Shown here: positions 29,292 to 39,102 of the stretch, one piece after another
Layout: every line of letters begins with the position of its first letter
Position numbering within the stretch: position 1 is the first letter of the stretch
Source of the DNA: Dehalococcoidia bacterium
GTDB taxonomy: Bacteria; Chloroflexota; Dehalococcoidia; Bin125
Reading direction: 5' to 3'
Assembly (NCBI GenBank): GCA_963555985.3
Contig: OY820591.1
Location: forward strand, 1,984,001-2,048,000
Length of the DNA: 64,000 bases
The notes under the pieces: generated by a model
The model's database searches: none
What the model saw: only the letters and a program-made list of their open reading frames with translations
Told to the model about the DNA's origin: nothing
Made by a program: the position numbers and the translations under genes

Positions 29292-30539
29292 CTACGGCTC
29301 CCAGCGCTTGAACACCAGACAGGCGTTGTGCCCGCCAAACCCCATCGAATTCGAGATCGCCACCCGCACCTCCCGCTTCCGCGCCTCGTTCGGCGTGTAG
29401 TCCAGATCGCAATCCGGGTCCGGATGCTGGTAGTTGATCGTGGGCGGAATCACGCCGTCCCGAATCGCCCCGACCGTCGCCAGCGCCTCGACTGCCCCCG
29501 CAGCGCCGAGCAGATGCCCGGTCATTGACTTCGTTGAGGAGATCGAGAGGCCATATGCGCTCTCCCCAAACACCGTCTTGATCGCCATCGTCTCGAACTT
29601 GTCGTTCAGCGGCGTCGAGGTCCCGTGCGCATTCACATACTCGACCTCGCCCGGATCCACGCCCGCCCGCTCCAACGCCAGCGACATCGCCCGCACTCCT
29701 CCGTCGCCCCCTTCTGCCGGCTGCGTGATGTGATAGGCGTCGCCAACCGATCCGTACCCGCAAATCTCGGCCACGATCTTCGCCCCCCGTGCAACTGCGT
29801 AGTCCGCCCGCTCCAGCACCAGCACCGCCGCACCTTCGCCCATTACGAAGCCGTCCCGCTCCGCGTCGAATGGGCGCGAGGCCGCCGCCGGATCGTCATT
29901 CCGCTCCGATAGCGCCCGCGCCGCCGCGAATCCCGCCACCGCCATCTCGCAGATCGGCGCTTCCGCGCCGCCCACCACCATCACGTCCGCTTCGCCCCGC
30001 TGAATCGTGTACGCAGCCAGACCCAGCGCGTCCGCCGCCGATGAGCACGCCGACAACGGAGACAGGTTCGGCCCTCGAGCCTGCAACGCAATCGACACCT
30101 GCCCCGAAGCCATATTCGGCAGCATCATCGGCACTACAAACGGCGAGACCCGAGCCGGCCCTCGCGAATCGAGTACCCGAAACTGCTCCTGAGTCGTCGT
30201 GATCCCCCCGATCCCCGTCCCAATCATCACCCCCACCCGATCCGAACCGCCAAACCCTTCCGGCATCCCCGCATCCGCCGCCGCCTCATTCGAGGCCGCA
30301 ATCGCAAACTGCGAGTACCGATCCATCCGCCGCGCATCCTTGCGCGGCATATATTCCTGCGGTTTCCAGTCATCCACCTCCGCCGCAAAGCGGACCGATA
30401 GGCGCTCCGGGTCGAAGATCGAAATCGTATCTATCCCCGAACGCCCATTGACCAACGCATCCCAGGTTTCCGCCGCCGTACTCCCCACCGGCGTCACTGC
30501 CCCGATCCCCGTGACCACAATGCGCGCGTCATCAACCAT
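29292..30539 (-). CDS. fabF: 3-oxoacyl-ACP synthase II
   Basis: SACSS, NAHGTST, TKSMTGHLLGAAG, NSMGFGGHN. Confidence 0.95.
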   Translation of the reverse strand: MVDDARIVVTGIGAVTPVGSTAAETWDALVNGRSGIDTISIFDPERLSVRFAAEVDDWKPQEYMPRKDARRMDRYSQFAIAASNEAAADAGMPEGFGGSDRVGVMIGTGIGGITTTQEQFRVLDSRGPARVSPFVVPMMLPNMASGQVSIALQARGPNLSPLSACSSAADALGLAAYTIQRGEADVMVVGGAEAPICEMAVAGFAAARALSERNDDPAAASRPFDAERDGFVMGEGAAVLVLERADYAVARGAKIVAEICGYGSVGDAYHITQPAEGGDGGVRAMSLALERAGVDPGEVEYVNAHGTSTPLNDKFETMAIKTVFGESAYGLSISSTKSMTGHLLGAAGAVEALATVGAIRDGVIPPTINYQHPDPDCDLDYTPNEARKREVRVAISNSMGFGGHNACLVFKRWEP

Positions 30540-30648
30540 GCGAGTCTCCCTCAGATACTCCCGCAGCCTATCCCGCCCGCCTCAGATAATCACTGAATCA
30601 TCCCAGGCAAGCGCCCCCTCCAACCCAACAGCCCGCCAAAAGACCTCA

Positions 30649-30720
30649 GTCATACCCGCGCTCCGCCGCGGAGCCTGTCCCCGCGAAGGCGGGGATCACT
30701 CGCCCTGATCAGCACCAAAC
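30649..30720. repeat. REP-like family A element with a nested CCCCGCGAAGGCGGGG hairpin
   Basis: GTCATACCCGCGCTCCGCCGCGG...CTCGCCCTGATCAGCACC; inverse of 47041-47092. Confidence 0.7.
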
Positions 30721-30797
30721 CTCTAGCCCCAGATACCAACTTCCGCATACGGAGGAAGCGCGGGAACCGCTACCCTGACCACGAAAGCGAGGCGCGC

Positions 30798-31109
30798 ATG
30801 ACCACCGAGGCAATGCCCGAACCGATCGTGCCCGAGTCCGTCTACGCCGACTATGAACAGGACCTACTCAACGACGGCGTACCGCCGGCGCAGGCGCGCG
30901 CCACGCGGCGGGCGCTGGAGCGGATCGTCGACCGCCTCGCCCTCACTCTGGCCACAAAGGCGGAATTGCAGGAGCTACGGAAGGAAATGCAGGAACTGCG
31001 CGAGCGACTGGCGCGAGTGGAAGCACGCCTCAATCTCCTAATCGGCGTCGTCTTCGTCTTCGGCAGCGGCATGATGGGCATGATGGGTGCGATTCTGAGT
31101 AAGCTCTAG
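30798..31109 (+). CDS. Small coiled-coil membrane-anchored protein (DUF1640/CCDC90-like)
   Basis: LATKAEL neck motif, coiled coil, C-terminal TM helix. Confidence 0.65.
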   Translation: MTTEAMPEPIVPESVYADYEQDLLNDGVPPAQARATRRALERIVDRLALTLATKAELQELRKEMQELRERLARVEARLNLLIGVVFVFGSGMMGMMGAILSKL

Positions 31110-31161
31110 ACTTCCCTTGCCTTTCTCTGCGGGCATGTGAGCAGCCCTGAGCGCCGGTTCG

Positions 31162-32844
31162 CTACTGCAACCCTCCGCCGCCAAGCAACGCCTCCAGACC
31201 ACCCCCGCCTGCGCCTCCCAAACCGGCCAATCCGCCCGCATCGCCCATGCCGCCCCCAAATGCGCCCAGACTCGGAGCTTCAACCGGCTCCTCGCCCGAC
31301 AGCGAGCGCGAGGCGAGCGCCAGTGCATCCGCCACATCGCCCGCCGTGACGCCGATCGTCCCCTTCGTTCGCGCCGCCCGATTGCCCGCCTCGCCGTGCA
31401 GGTAGACACCGAGTGTGGCCGCATCGAAGGGCGACAGCCCTTGGGCCAGGAGCGCCCCGATCGCTCCGCTCAAGACGTCGCCCGTACCCGCTGTTGCCAG
31501 CGCCGGCTGCGCCAGTTCGGAGACTCGCGCTCTGCGATCGGGAGCCGCGATTACGGTGTTCGCGCCCTTGAGCACGACCTGGCAACCCCACTCGGACGCC
31601 CGATCGCGCGCCAACGTCAGACGTTGCCCCTGCACCTCGTCCACGCTCAATCCGGTCAACGTCCCCATCTCTCCCGGATGCGGAGTCAGCACCACCGGCG
31701 CGACGGCGTTCGGCAACCCGGACATGTCCTCGGACAGCAGATTCAGCCCATCCGCATCGACCACGATCCCGTTGACCGCCCCAACTTCCGGCGAGACCAG
31801 GAACTCGCGCACGAACTTCCCGCTGTGCCCATGCCGACCGAACCCACAGCCGATCACCACCGAGTCGACCGACGCCAGCTCGTCCCGAACCGTTTCCCAG
31901 GCGGCGAATCCCGAGATGACGCCCGGATCGTGTTCGGGCAGAGGCAGCAGCGTCGCCTCGGGGACAGCGCCGATCAGGTACATGGCGATCGATTGCGGCG
32001 CGGCGATCGTGACCAGACCGGCGCCCGCGCGGTAGGCTCCTCGCGCCGCCAAGACCGCCGCGCCCGGATAGCGCGACGAGCCCGCGATCACCAGCACCCG
32101 CCCGAACGTGCCCTTGTGCGCGTCCGCGGCGCGATCCGGCAAGAGCGCTTTCGCCGCCCGACGCTCCAGCACCTCCGTGCGCAGGTCGTCGTCCAGACCG
32201 GGCGGAATCCCGATCTCCACCTGCTGCACAGATCCCGCCGCCGCCGCACCCGGCTGCATGTACAGCCCCACCTTGGGCGCGTGAAAGGTCACTGTCTCGT
32301 CCGCCGCTACCGCGAGCGGATCGAGCCTGCCGCTGTCCGCGTCCAGACCGGTGGGCAGATCGACCGCGACCAGCTTCGGTTTCACCGTGCGGCTGCGGGT
32401 CGCCGCCAGCCGCCGCATGATCTCGGCTAGATCACCCTCGATCGGGCGCGTATTGCCGGTACCCAAGAGCGCGTCGATGATTGCTTCCGCGCCGCCCAGC
32501 AACGCCTCCAGCGCCTCAAACTGATCGTCATCGGCGACGGTGCCGCAGGGCACGCCCAGTTCCAGTGTCTGCGTCCACTGCGTATCGTTGCGCTCATGCA
32601 GCGCGTAGACCCGCACCTGCGCCCCCCACTCATGCAGATGCCGCGCGGCGACCAGGCCGTCGCCGCCGTTGTTGCCCGGCCCGACCAGCACGGCGATCCG
32701 CCGGTCTTCGAGCGAGCCCAGCTGCATCCAGATTTCCTGAGCGACCGCGAGGCCGGCGTTCTCCATCAAGGTGTCGGTCGAGACTCCGGCCGCTTCCGCC
32801 CGTTGTTCCAGTTCGCGCATCTCCGCAGCCGTGAGCAGTTTCAT
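31162..32844 (-). CDS. nnr: Bifunctional NAD(P)H-hydrate epimerase/dehydratase
   Basis: LMENAG, GNNGGDG, HKGTFG, TPHPGE, AGTGDVL. Confidence 0.92.
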   Translation of the reverse strand: MKLLTAAEMRELEQRAEAAGVSTDTLMENAGLAVAQEIWMQLGSLEDRRIAVLVGPGNNGGDGLVAARHLHEWGAQVRVYALHERNDTQWTQTLELGVPCGTVADDDQFEALEALLGGAEAIIDALLGTGNTRPIEGDLAEIMRRLAATRSRTVKPKLVAVDLPTGLDADSGRLDPLAVAADETVTFHAPKVGLYMQPGAAAAGSVQQVEIGIPPGLDDDLRTEVLERRAAKALLPDRAADAHKGTFGRVLVIAGSSRYPGAAVLAARGAYRAGAGLVTIAAPQSIAMYLIGAVPEATLLPLPEHDPGVISGFAAWETVRDELASVDSVVIGCGFGRHGHSGKFVREFLVSPEVGAVNGIVVDADGLNLLSEDMSGLPNAVAPVVLTPHPGEMGTLTGLSVDEVQGQRLTLARDRASEWGCQVVLKGANTVIAAPDRRARVSELAQPALATAGTGDVLSGAIGALLAQGLSPFDAATLGVYLHGEAGNRAARTKGTIGVTAGDVADALALASRSLSGEEPVEAPSLGAFGGGMGDAGGLAGLGGAGGGGLEALLGGGGLQ

Positions 32845-32861
32845 GACGTCTCCAAAATCCC

Positions 32862-33251
32862 TTAGTGACGAGCTCGCGGCTGTCCCACCGCAAAGGCGCA
32901 GACGATCGTCTGCTCATGGGTGAGACTAATCTCCACCCGCTCCAAGCCAATCGCCCGCGCCCGCTCGCGCGCCCCACCGTGCAGGATCACGACCGGTTTG
33001 CCTCGCGCGTTGGCCAGAATCTCGATCTCGCGCCACTTCACCCCGCGCACGCCCGTCCCGAGGCACTTCATTACCGCCTCCTTGCCCGCAAACCGCGCCG
33101 CCATCTCCGCCACCCGATCCCTGCAATAGTCCCGTTCGCGCTCCGTCAAGATCCGGCGCGGAAAGCGTTCCGGGTGTCGATTGAGCACACTTTCGAATCG
33201 CTCAATCAGGAGCAAGTCCACGCCGCAGGTCAGATCGCCGAACATCGCCAT
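32862..33251 (-). CDS. acpS: Holo-ACP synthase
   Basis: GVD, ARFAGKEAVMKCLGTG, ISLTHE. Confidence 0.92.
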   Translation of the reverse strand: MAMFGDLTCGVDLLLIERFESVLNRHPERFPRRILTERERDYCRDRVAEMAARFAGKEAVMKCLGTGVRGVKWREIEILANARGKPVVILHGGARERARAIGLERVEISLTHEQTIVCAFAVGQPRARH

Positions 33252-33408
33252 AGATCGTATCAACGCCGCGTGAGGTCAGGGTCATCTGAGGGACGAAGGG
33301 GTAGATCCACGTCCACTCATCAGGGTCATGTTGCTATTCATAGCCGTGTTATATTGGCCGCCGTTCGCCTAGATGAGTTCACTGAATCGAAAGGTCGAGG
33401 TGAGTTTG

Positions 33409-36400
33409 ATGAACGGTACACAGGTCGTTCTGCGACTGGCAGCGATGGCGGTGCTCGTGGCCGCGGCATTTGCCATGCAGAACTTGCTTTCTAACGGGGG
33501 GGGGGTAAGTAGCTCCCTTCTGGCCCAGTCTCCCGCCGAAGCGGAGGAAGCGCAGGTCCGAGTCGCCGCCAAGCGGCTCGCCAACGGCAGGGTGGAACTG
33601 GCGGTTCAGGTCGAGACCCAGGGGCAGTGGTCGCCGCGCGTGCTGCCAGAGAAGCGCATGCTGTCGGCGAGGGCCAGGCTGGATGACTGGCTACAAACCA
33701 GCCAAGTCGGCCTCTCCAGCGGACACAAGGTCAGGATCAACGCACGACGGGTGGAGAGCGGCGAAGTCGAGCTCGGCTTGGTGGAGATCGTCAACGGCGA
33801 GAGCCAGGACCGACAGTTGCCGGACATTCGCCTGCTCCCGGCCGATCAGGCCGTCGGCGAGTGGTGGGACAGTTCCCCGCTGACCCTGCCCGCGCGCCTC
33901 TCGGAACCGACACATGTGCCGCTGGTGCGCGAATGGACGCGCGTCAACCCATCCCTCAGGTACAACACGCACTTCGATCGCAACGGAACGATCACGACCT
34001 CGGTTCGAACAGAACCGACGGGCGGAGGCGAATGGGCGACCGCCAGGTACGCGGGACGCTTGAGCCTACTCTGCTACAACAGCGAAAATTTCTCCTTCGA
34101 TATTCATGGGCTTTCACCACTGGTGGGCGACTCGGTTGCCGTCACATTGACGATTGACGGAGTACAACTGCCGCCCCAGGATTGGGGCGTCTGGACCCAC
34201 TACGAGGACGACGAGCCCGTGTACTCCAACGTCTGGTCACGAGATCCGCGCAAGCTGCTCCGGCTATTGCGAGGTGCGGAGGAACTGGAAGCGCAGATCG
34301 AGGGTCGTAATCAGACCAGCACGTGGGACCTGTCGGACATGTTGACGACCCCGGTCCAAGGCAACCTCGAACACTGCGGCAACTACGTCGTCGGTTACAT
34401 CCAACCGCCGCCTCCGCCTAACTACGTGCCGCTGGTCAACGCTAACGGCTGGCTCAGCAATGTGCGTTACCAGTCGAGACTGGCCGATGATGGGAGCGCG
34501 TGGGCCGAGACCCTGACCTATCCCGAAGACGGAGACCTGTTCCTAAAGATCGGAGCCTCGGACCACGGCGAGCACTTCTACGTGCTCGTCGATCAACTGC
34601 CGCCGTTGGATGTCGATGAGGTATCGGTGGTTTGGAGCGTGGACGACGGCGACAGCGTGAAAGAGCAATGGGGGGTGCAGACCTTCGAGGGATCGCACTC
34701 CTTTATCTCCCCGCGTGACCGGCCAGGGTTCTATGACCAGTTGCGCGGAGCATCGAGCTTCACCTTCGAGGTGAAGAAAGCCGATACTGGCAGCGTCACG
34801 CTCGACCTCACCCACACCTTCTCGACGCCGGTACAACTCAACATCGACGAGCGCGGCAGTTGGGTGGAGGGTCAGAGCCGCGAGCCCGTCTACGACTACG
34901 TGCCGCTGGCCAACGTGAACGGCACGACCGACGCAGGCCATTACTGGTCGGCTCACGCGCCGAACGAAGAAGGCTTGATCTGGACAGCGGTCAGGCTCGA
35001 TGCGGCCCTGCCTGATGGTGGCACTGCGACGCTCGATTTGCATTGCAACGGTGAAGGAGGTGTTGGCTTCGTCGTCGGCGGGGCTCCGCTGATTGACGCC
35101 GACAACGGCGTTGAGGTCTCCCTGCGCTTTGACGACGGCGAGGCAATCATCGAGCAGTGGTACTACCACCGATGGGGCAGCAGCGACAATGAGCACGCAT
35201 CGTTCGGCTCGCGCAGCCCACACAGGTTGGCGGCTCGGCTCAAGCAGGTTTCGGCGTTCACCTTCGAGGTACCGGGTCACGACTTCGGGCCGATCACGTT
35301 CAACATGGTCGGCTTTTTCGACACCCCGGTGCAAGACAACGTCGACAAGTGCGGCATGTACAAGCCCGGCGAAACCCGCGGGTTCGACTACGTGCCGATT
35401 GTCAACGCCACAGGTACGACCGGGAACGGTCTCCACTATCAAGCGTCCGTTGGTGAGTCCGGCGGCGTCTACACATCTGTTTACCGCACAGAGGAAACGG
35501 ATGGGACGTTCAATATCTTCGCCATGACCTGTCAACAGCACGGCGTGATTCACTTCCAACTGTCGCCGCTGCCCGCCATTGACGGCGATGAGATCGAGTT
35601 GACGATCCGCTACGGCGACGGCGACCCGACAATTGAGCAATGGCGCTACCACGCCATCCCGACCGGCGGTTTAGCCATCATGAGGAGCAGTGCCGCGTTG
35701 CTGGAGCAACTGCGATCGGTTGACACGATTACGGTTGAAGCTGCGGCGCACGACTGGGGCCCATTCACGTTCGACATCACCGGCCTGTTCGACACACCAG
35801 TGCAGGGCAACATCGACAACTGCGGCATGTACAAGCAGGGCGAAACCCGCAAACTGGAGCAGCCGGAGTCGCCGGTCATTTCGGGCCAGACGGACAGTTC
35901 GGATGGCGAGTCAATCATCCAATGGAGCCTCTCGCCGATCGGCGGGACAATCCCCAATATCTGGACGCGACACCTCCTGCACGACGGCGACTTGAAACTC
36001 TTCTTCTGGCCTGCCTGCAGCCCGAATGGCGTGACGCTCCTTCTCGGCGGTAGCCGATTCGGCGAGATCGCCACAGACCAGGTAGAAGTTGTGTGGTCCC
36101 TTGACGGTGGCGCTGAGCAGCGTGCGACTTGGAAGAAGTTGGCCAACTTCCCCTATGTCCACCCGGACGATGCGCTCGCGCTGATCTCGGCTTGGCGTCA
36201 CGGCCAGACGCTGGACATCACGGTCGAGAACGCGACCGCGCATACGCAGCGGTTCGACCTCGCAGAGCTGTTCGGGACGCCGATTCAGGCGGCGATGGAC
36301 GATTGCCTCGCGCTGCCGCAACCGGCGCTGCCGGCGCCGGCAGGCGCCGTGGACCCAACCACCGTTGATCAGTTGAGCTATGGCAGCGGCGCGACGCGGG

Positions 36401-36816
36401 GCAGTACCGTCGCCAGCACATCCCTGTCGTTGAGAGTTCCCAGTGACGACGCGCCCGACTGGGCCGGCTACAGTTCACGCTTCGAGGTTCACTGCGGCAT
36501 CGGCGGTTACCGGATCGCGATCTGGGGACTCGGGCTGACCTCGCCGTTGTACATAGCCGGCGACACCGTCGAGGTGACTTGGAGCGCGGACGGCGGGCCG
36601 ACGAAGACCGCAACCTGGGACGTCTGGCCCTGGAACCGCGAGTACTATGCCATCTCGCCGCAGGACGACTCGGCCCTCTACGCCGCGATCAAGGACGCCG
36701 ACTCCCTGACCATCACAGTCGCCTCGGATCCGGCCTTCCAGGAGACCTACGACCTTGCCGGCAACGGCTTCTGGGAGACGCCGGTGCAGCCCAACCTGGA
36801 CGCTTGCACCGGCTGA
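33409..36816 (+). CDS. Large exported repeat protein: two N-terminal beta modules plus six ~160-aa repeats
   Basis: Signal/TM segment; TP(V/I)Q motifs at 34348, 34825, 35323, 35794, 36277 and 36778. Confidence 0.8.
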   Translation: MNGTQVVLRLAAMAVLVAAAFAMQNLLSNGGGVSSSLLAQSPAEAEEAQVRVAAKRLANGRVELAVQVETQGQWSPRVLPEKRMLSARARLDDWLQTSQVGLSSGHKVRINARRVESGEVELGLVEIVNGESQDRQLPDIRLLPADQAVGEWWDSSPLTLPARLSEPTHVPLVREWTRVNPSLRYNTHFDRNGTITTSVRTEPTGGGEWATARYAGRLSLLCYNSENFSFDIHGLSPLVGDSVAVTLTIDGVQLPPQDWGVWTHYEDDEPVYSNVWSRDPRKLLRLLRGAEELEAQIEGRNQTSTWDLSDMLTTPVQGNLEHCGNYVVGYIQPPPPPNYVPLVNANGWLSNVRYQSRLADDGSAWAETLTYPEDGDLFLKIGASDHGEHFYVLVDQLPPLDVDEVSVVWSVDDGDSVKEQWGVQTFEGSHSFISPRDRPGFYDQLRGASSFTFEVKKADTGSVTLDLTHTFSTPVQLNIDERGSWVEGQSREPVYDYVPLANVNGTTDAGHYWSAHAPNEEGLIWTAVRLDAALPDGGTATLDLHCNGEGGVGFVVGGAPLIDADNGVEVSLRFDDGEAIIEQWYYHRWGSSDNEHASFGSRSPHRLAARLKQVSAFTFEVPGHDFGPITFNMVGFFDTPVQDNVDKCGMYKPGETRGFDYVPIVNATGTTGNGLHYQASVGESGGVYTSVYRTEETDGTFNIFAMTCQQHGVIHFQLSPLPAIDGDEIELTIRYGDGDPTIEQWRYHAIPTGGLAIMRSSAALLEQLRSVDTITVEAAAHDWGPFTFDITGLFDTPVQGNIDNCGMYKQGETRKLEQPESPVISGQTDSSDGESIIQWSLSPIGGTIPNIWTRHLLHDGDLKLFFWPACSPNGVTLLLGGSRFGEIATDQVEVVWSLDGGAEQRATWKKLANFPYVHPDDALALISAWRHGQTLDITVENATAHTQRFDLAELFGTPIQAAMDDCLALPQPALPAPAGAVDPTTVDQLSYGSGATRGSTVASTSLSLRVPSDDAPDWAGYSSRFEVHCGIGGYRIAIWGLGLTSPLYIAGDTVEVTWSADGGPTKTATWDVWPWNREYYAISPQDDSALYAAIKDADSLTITVASDPAFQETYDLAGNGFWETPVQPNLDACTG

Positions 36817-36876
36817 CGCCGCCAACGCGCAGTCACACCGCCCCGGCGGCCGTTGAGCGGTCGTTGGGGCGTTGGT

Positions 36877-37527
36877 TCAGGCCGAATCCCAGATTCTCGA
36901 CAGATCGACCGAGAGGCCGGGCATCACGCCCTCGCCCGACAGCGTTTCCGGACGCTCCAACAGCTCCGGCTCCGACTCACCTTCCCGATACACCCAGATC
37001 CGACTCTCGTACGTATCAATCAGCCATCCAAGCCTCGCACCGTAACCGAGCCAACGCTCCATCTTCGTCTGTTGGTCTTCGAGCTGGTCGCTGCGGGAGC
37101 GCACCTCAACCACGAAATCGGGACAGACCGACAACAGCGCCGCATCATCCGCCACTGCCGCGTAGCGTTCGTCGCTGATCCAGGAAACATCGGGAATCCG
37201 CATCGGCCGGCCGCCCAGATTGACCGCTCCGTCGGCGCCGCCGGTATGCCCTCCGCCGCCGCCGCGCCGCCACAGGTTGACGTCGGTCGCGATCTCGATC
37301 GCGACCTCGCTGTTACTGAATCCCGTGCCAGGCATGAGCGACAACGCCCCCTCTTCGATCACCTCGATGTCCCATTCCGGGTTCTGCTCCCAGAGTTCGA
37401 GCATGGCCGCTTCGCTGATCGGCCAAGACTCGGGCAAGCGCAAGATGATCGGGTCAACCGGTATCGGTTGAGGCGGGGCGTCAGCCTGGTCGGACGCCGC
37501 TTCAGGCGCGGGCGCAGTGGAGACCAT
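36877..37527 (-). CDS. Uma2-family putative nuclease
   Basis: IPDVSW, CPDFVVEVRS, GARLGWLID; AAGGA RBS. Confidence 0.88.
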   Translation of the reverse strand: MVSTAPAPEAASDQADAPPQPIPVDPIILRLPESWPISEAAMLELWEQNPEWDIEVIEEGALSLMPGTGFSNSEVAIEIATDVNLWRRGGGGGHTGGADGAVNLGGRPMRIPDVSWISDERYAAVADDAALLSVCPDFVVEVRSRSDQLEDQQTKMERWLGYGARLGWLIDTYESRIWVYREGESEPELLERPETLSGEGVMPGLSVDLSRIWDSA

Positions 37528-37613
37528 GCGCGTTCCTTTCAGGGTTGAGGTCAGGATACGTGAATCCCACAACCGCAATCCCCCATACGCCGCCGCAGAC
37601 ATACCCTGACCGC

Positions 37614-38513
37614 ATGACCGCTCAACTCATCGACGGCGCAGCGATCGCGGGCGGCATCCGCGACGCTCTCGCCCGGCAGACCGGCGATATGCTCGCGCGC
37701 GGACTGCTTCCGCATCTGGCTGTGCTCCTGGTCGGCGACAACCCTGCTTCTGCTTCGTATGTGCGGGGCAAAGTCCGCGCCGGCAAACAGACCGGCATCA
37801 AGGTCGTCATCCACCGGATTGAAGCGGATCCGGATGCTCGGCTCACTGAGCGCCGTATCCGCGACCGGATCGATCTGCTCAACGCCGACCCTGATGTGCA
37901 CGGGATCATCCTCCAGCTCCCCGTCCCCGATGAGGTGGACGCCGATGCGCTGCTCGAGCGGATCGATCCGCTCAAGGACGTCGACGGACTCCACCCCGCT
38001 AACCAGGGGCGCATCCTCCAGGGGCGCGAACGCTTCCTCCCGGCCACGCCCCACGGCGTGCAACAGTTGCTCGTGCGCTCCGGGAATGATCCGGCCGGCA
38101 AGCACATCGTGATTGTCGGACGCTCGCGCCTGGTGGGGATGCCGCTCGCGGCGATGCTCGCGCAGAAACGCACCGGCGCGAACGCGACCGTGACCGTCTG
38201 CCACACGCGCACCGTCGCGCTCGCCACCCACACCCGCCAGGCCGACATCCTCGTCGCCGCCACCGGCCGCGCCGCCACGATCACCGCCGAGATGGTGCGC
38301 GAGGGAGCGGTTGTGATCGATGTCGGCGTCAACCGCGTGGACGATCCGACGCGCAAACGCGGATACCGCCTTGCCGGAGACGTCGACTTTGATGCAGTTG
38401 CCGAGAAAGCCTCCTTCATCACGCCCGTCCCAGGCGGCGTCGGTCCGATGACCGTCGCCATGCTCCTCAACAACGTCACCCGCGCCGCTCGAATGGCCCA
38501 GCAGCGCCGCTGA
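37614..38513 (+). CDS. folD: Methylenetetrahydrofolate dehydrogenase/cyclohydrolase
   Basis: GIILQLP, KDVDGLHP, TPVPGGVGPMT. Confidence 0.95.
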   Translation: MTAQLIDGAAIAGGIRDALARQTGDMLARGLLPHLAVLLVGDNPASASYVRGKVRAGKQTGIKVVIHRIEADPDARLTERRIRDRIDLLNADPDVHGIILQLPVPDEVDADALLERIDPLKDVDGLHPANQGRILQGRERFLPATPHGVQQLLVRSGNDPAGKHIVIVGRSRLVGMPLAAMLAQKRTGANATVTVCHTRTVALATHTRQADILVAATGRAATITAEMVREGAVVIDVGVNRVDDPTRKRGYRLAGDVDFDAVAEKASFITPVPGGVGPMTVAMLLNNVTRAARMAQQRR

Positions 38514-38545
38514 TTCGATGCAGTCCGGGCGGCTATCCTGTCGGC

Positions 38546-39031
38546 ATGGTCGCTGTCGATCGTCTCCCCATCTACGAGTTCCTGACCCGCGAACTCGGCT
38601 GGTCGGATGATCACGCCCGCACCGCCGGAGACATCCTCACCGCCACCCTTGAACACGCCGCAAAAGCGGAAGACCTCTACCAGTTGCGTGATCAACTGGC
38701 GGAGCTCAAGGAACGGCTCGAGGGTTTGGAGCGCCAGTTGAGCGAATTGAAACTCTCGTTCGAGCTGTTTCGCCAACTCACCGAGCAGCGCTTCGATACG
38801 GTGATAGCTCGAATCGATCAGCTGGAGCGACAGGCAGAAGAACGCGATCGCCGCCAACGAACCGAGCAGGAGGAACGCGATCTCCGGTTGCGAGCCGAGC
38901 AGGAAGAACGCGACCGTCGCAATCGAGCTGAGTGGGATGCCCGTTTCAACCGCTTTCGGCTCCAGGTTGCGCTCGCTCTGTTCACCGGGTTCGGCACGAC
39001 CATTGGCCTGATCGTGACCCGCTTCTTCTGA
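38546..39031 (+). CDS. Coiled-coil membrane-anchored protein (DUF1640-like) with hendecad repeats
   Basis: AKAEDL neck, three EERDxRxRxE 11-mers (38834-38932), C-terminal TM helix. Confidence 0.65.
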   Translation: MVAVDRLPIYEFLTRELGWSDDHARTAGDILTATLEHAAKAEDLYQLRDQLAELKERLEGLERQLSELKLSFELFRQLTEQRFDTVIARIDQLERQAEERDRRQRTEQEERDLRLRAEQEERDRRNRAEWDARFNRFRLQVALALFTGFGTTIGLIVTRFF

Positions 39032-39102
39032 ACGCAGCTTCACTTTCCTTTCCCCTGATACGCTCACGACATCGCCTTGATGCGATCCAAGGACACCAGA
39101 GC

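Noticed and set aside
27568-29763. 731-aa RecJ with a long N-terminal extension
   Set aside because: The extension overlaps fabF out of frame; the likely start is GTG 29286
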